DNA of 14,610 nucleotides, taken from contig JAUWKS010000075.1 in NCBI GenBank assembly GCA_030614005.1, forward strand, positions 1 to 14,610, given 5' to 3'. A program made the position numbers and the translations under genes. Shown here piece after piece: positions 14,464 through 14,610 of this stretch (the stretch's first letter is position 1; every line of letters starts with the position of its first letter). The notes below the pieces were generated by a model. The model had not been told where the DNA came from. It saw only the letters and a program-made list of their open reading frames with translations, and searched no databases. This stretch comes from Candidatus Heimdallarchaeota archaeon (GTDB lineage Archaea > Asgardarchaeota > Heimdallarchaeia > JABLTI01).

Positions 14464-14610
14464 TTAATATGAATGAATTATTTTTGCAAATAAAGAGATA
14501 GCATCATCGTCTTTCCTTGAATCCTTTTCTTTTAGTGAAAATGGGATGGATTGTTTGCGTTCCAGAGCAGCATTTATTACCTTGTGATGAAAATCTTTTG
14601 CAAATTGGTC
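14464..14610 (-). CDS. 3' end of an unknown protein entering from the right edge
   Basis: Open frame DQFAKDFHHKVINAALERKQSIPFSLKEKDSRKDDDAISLFAKIIHSY*; no recognisable motif. Confidence 0.5.
   Translation of the reverse strand, partial: DQFAKDFHHKVINAALERKQSIPFSLKEKDSRKDDDAISLFAKIIHSY

Noticed and set aside
14464-14610. Partial ORF as the array's tyrosine integrase
   Set aside because: No H-x-x-R or H/W...Y catalytic pattern in the visible C-terminus; cannot be assigned.

Overview
AT-rich archaeal window. An Asgard/Heimdallarchaeia-like origin is inferred from GGAG/GGTGA Shine-Dalgarno motifs, a geranylgeranyl-reductase-family gene and two paralogous C-terminally anchored surface proteins. 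From about 3.47 kb to at least 13.8 kb the sequence is a cassette array. Seven co-oriented 28-37 bp repeats each match the 3' end of a tRNA (variable loop, T-arm, 3' acceptor strand, ACCA; tRNA-Val-like) on the minus strand. They separate small gene units: four intact PIN-toxin/antitoxin pairs, four decayed TA modules lacking most or all of the toxin, a second DsrE/YchN-like gene with a membrane protein, and a complete feoA-feoB-(membrane protein)-feoC operon with DtxR/SirR-type boxes. The first DsrE/YchN-like copy lies just left of the first repeat. One decayed unit is a repeat-to-repeat paralog of an intact unit, which suggests the tRNA fragments are the recombination boundaries of an integron-like, tRNA-att cassette system. 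No integrase and no intact tRNA gene are visible in the window, so the mechanism is inferred.
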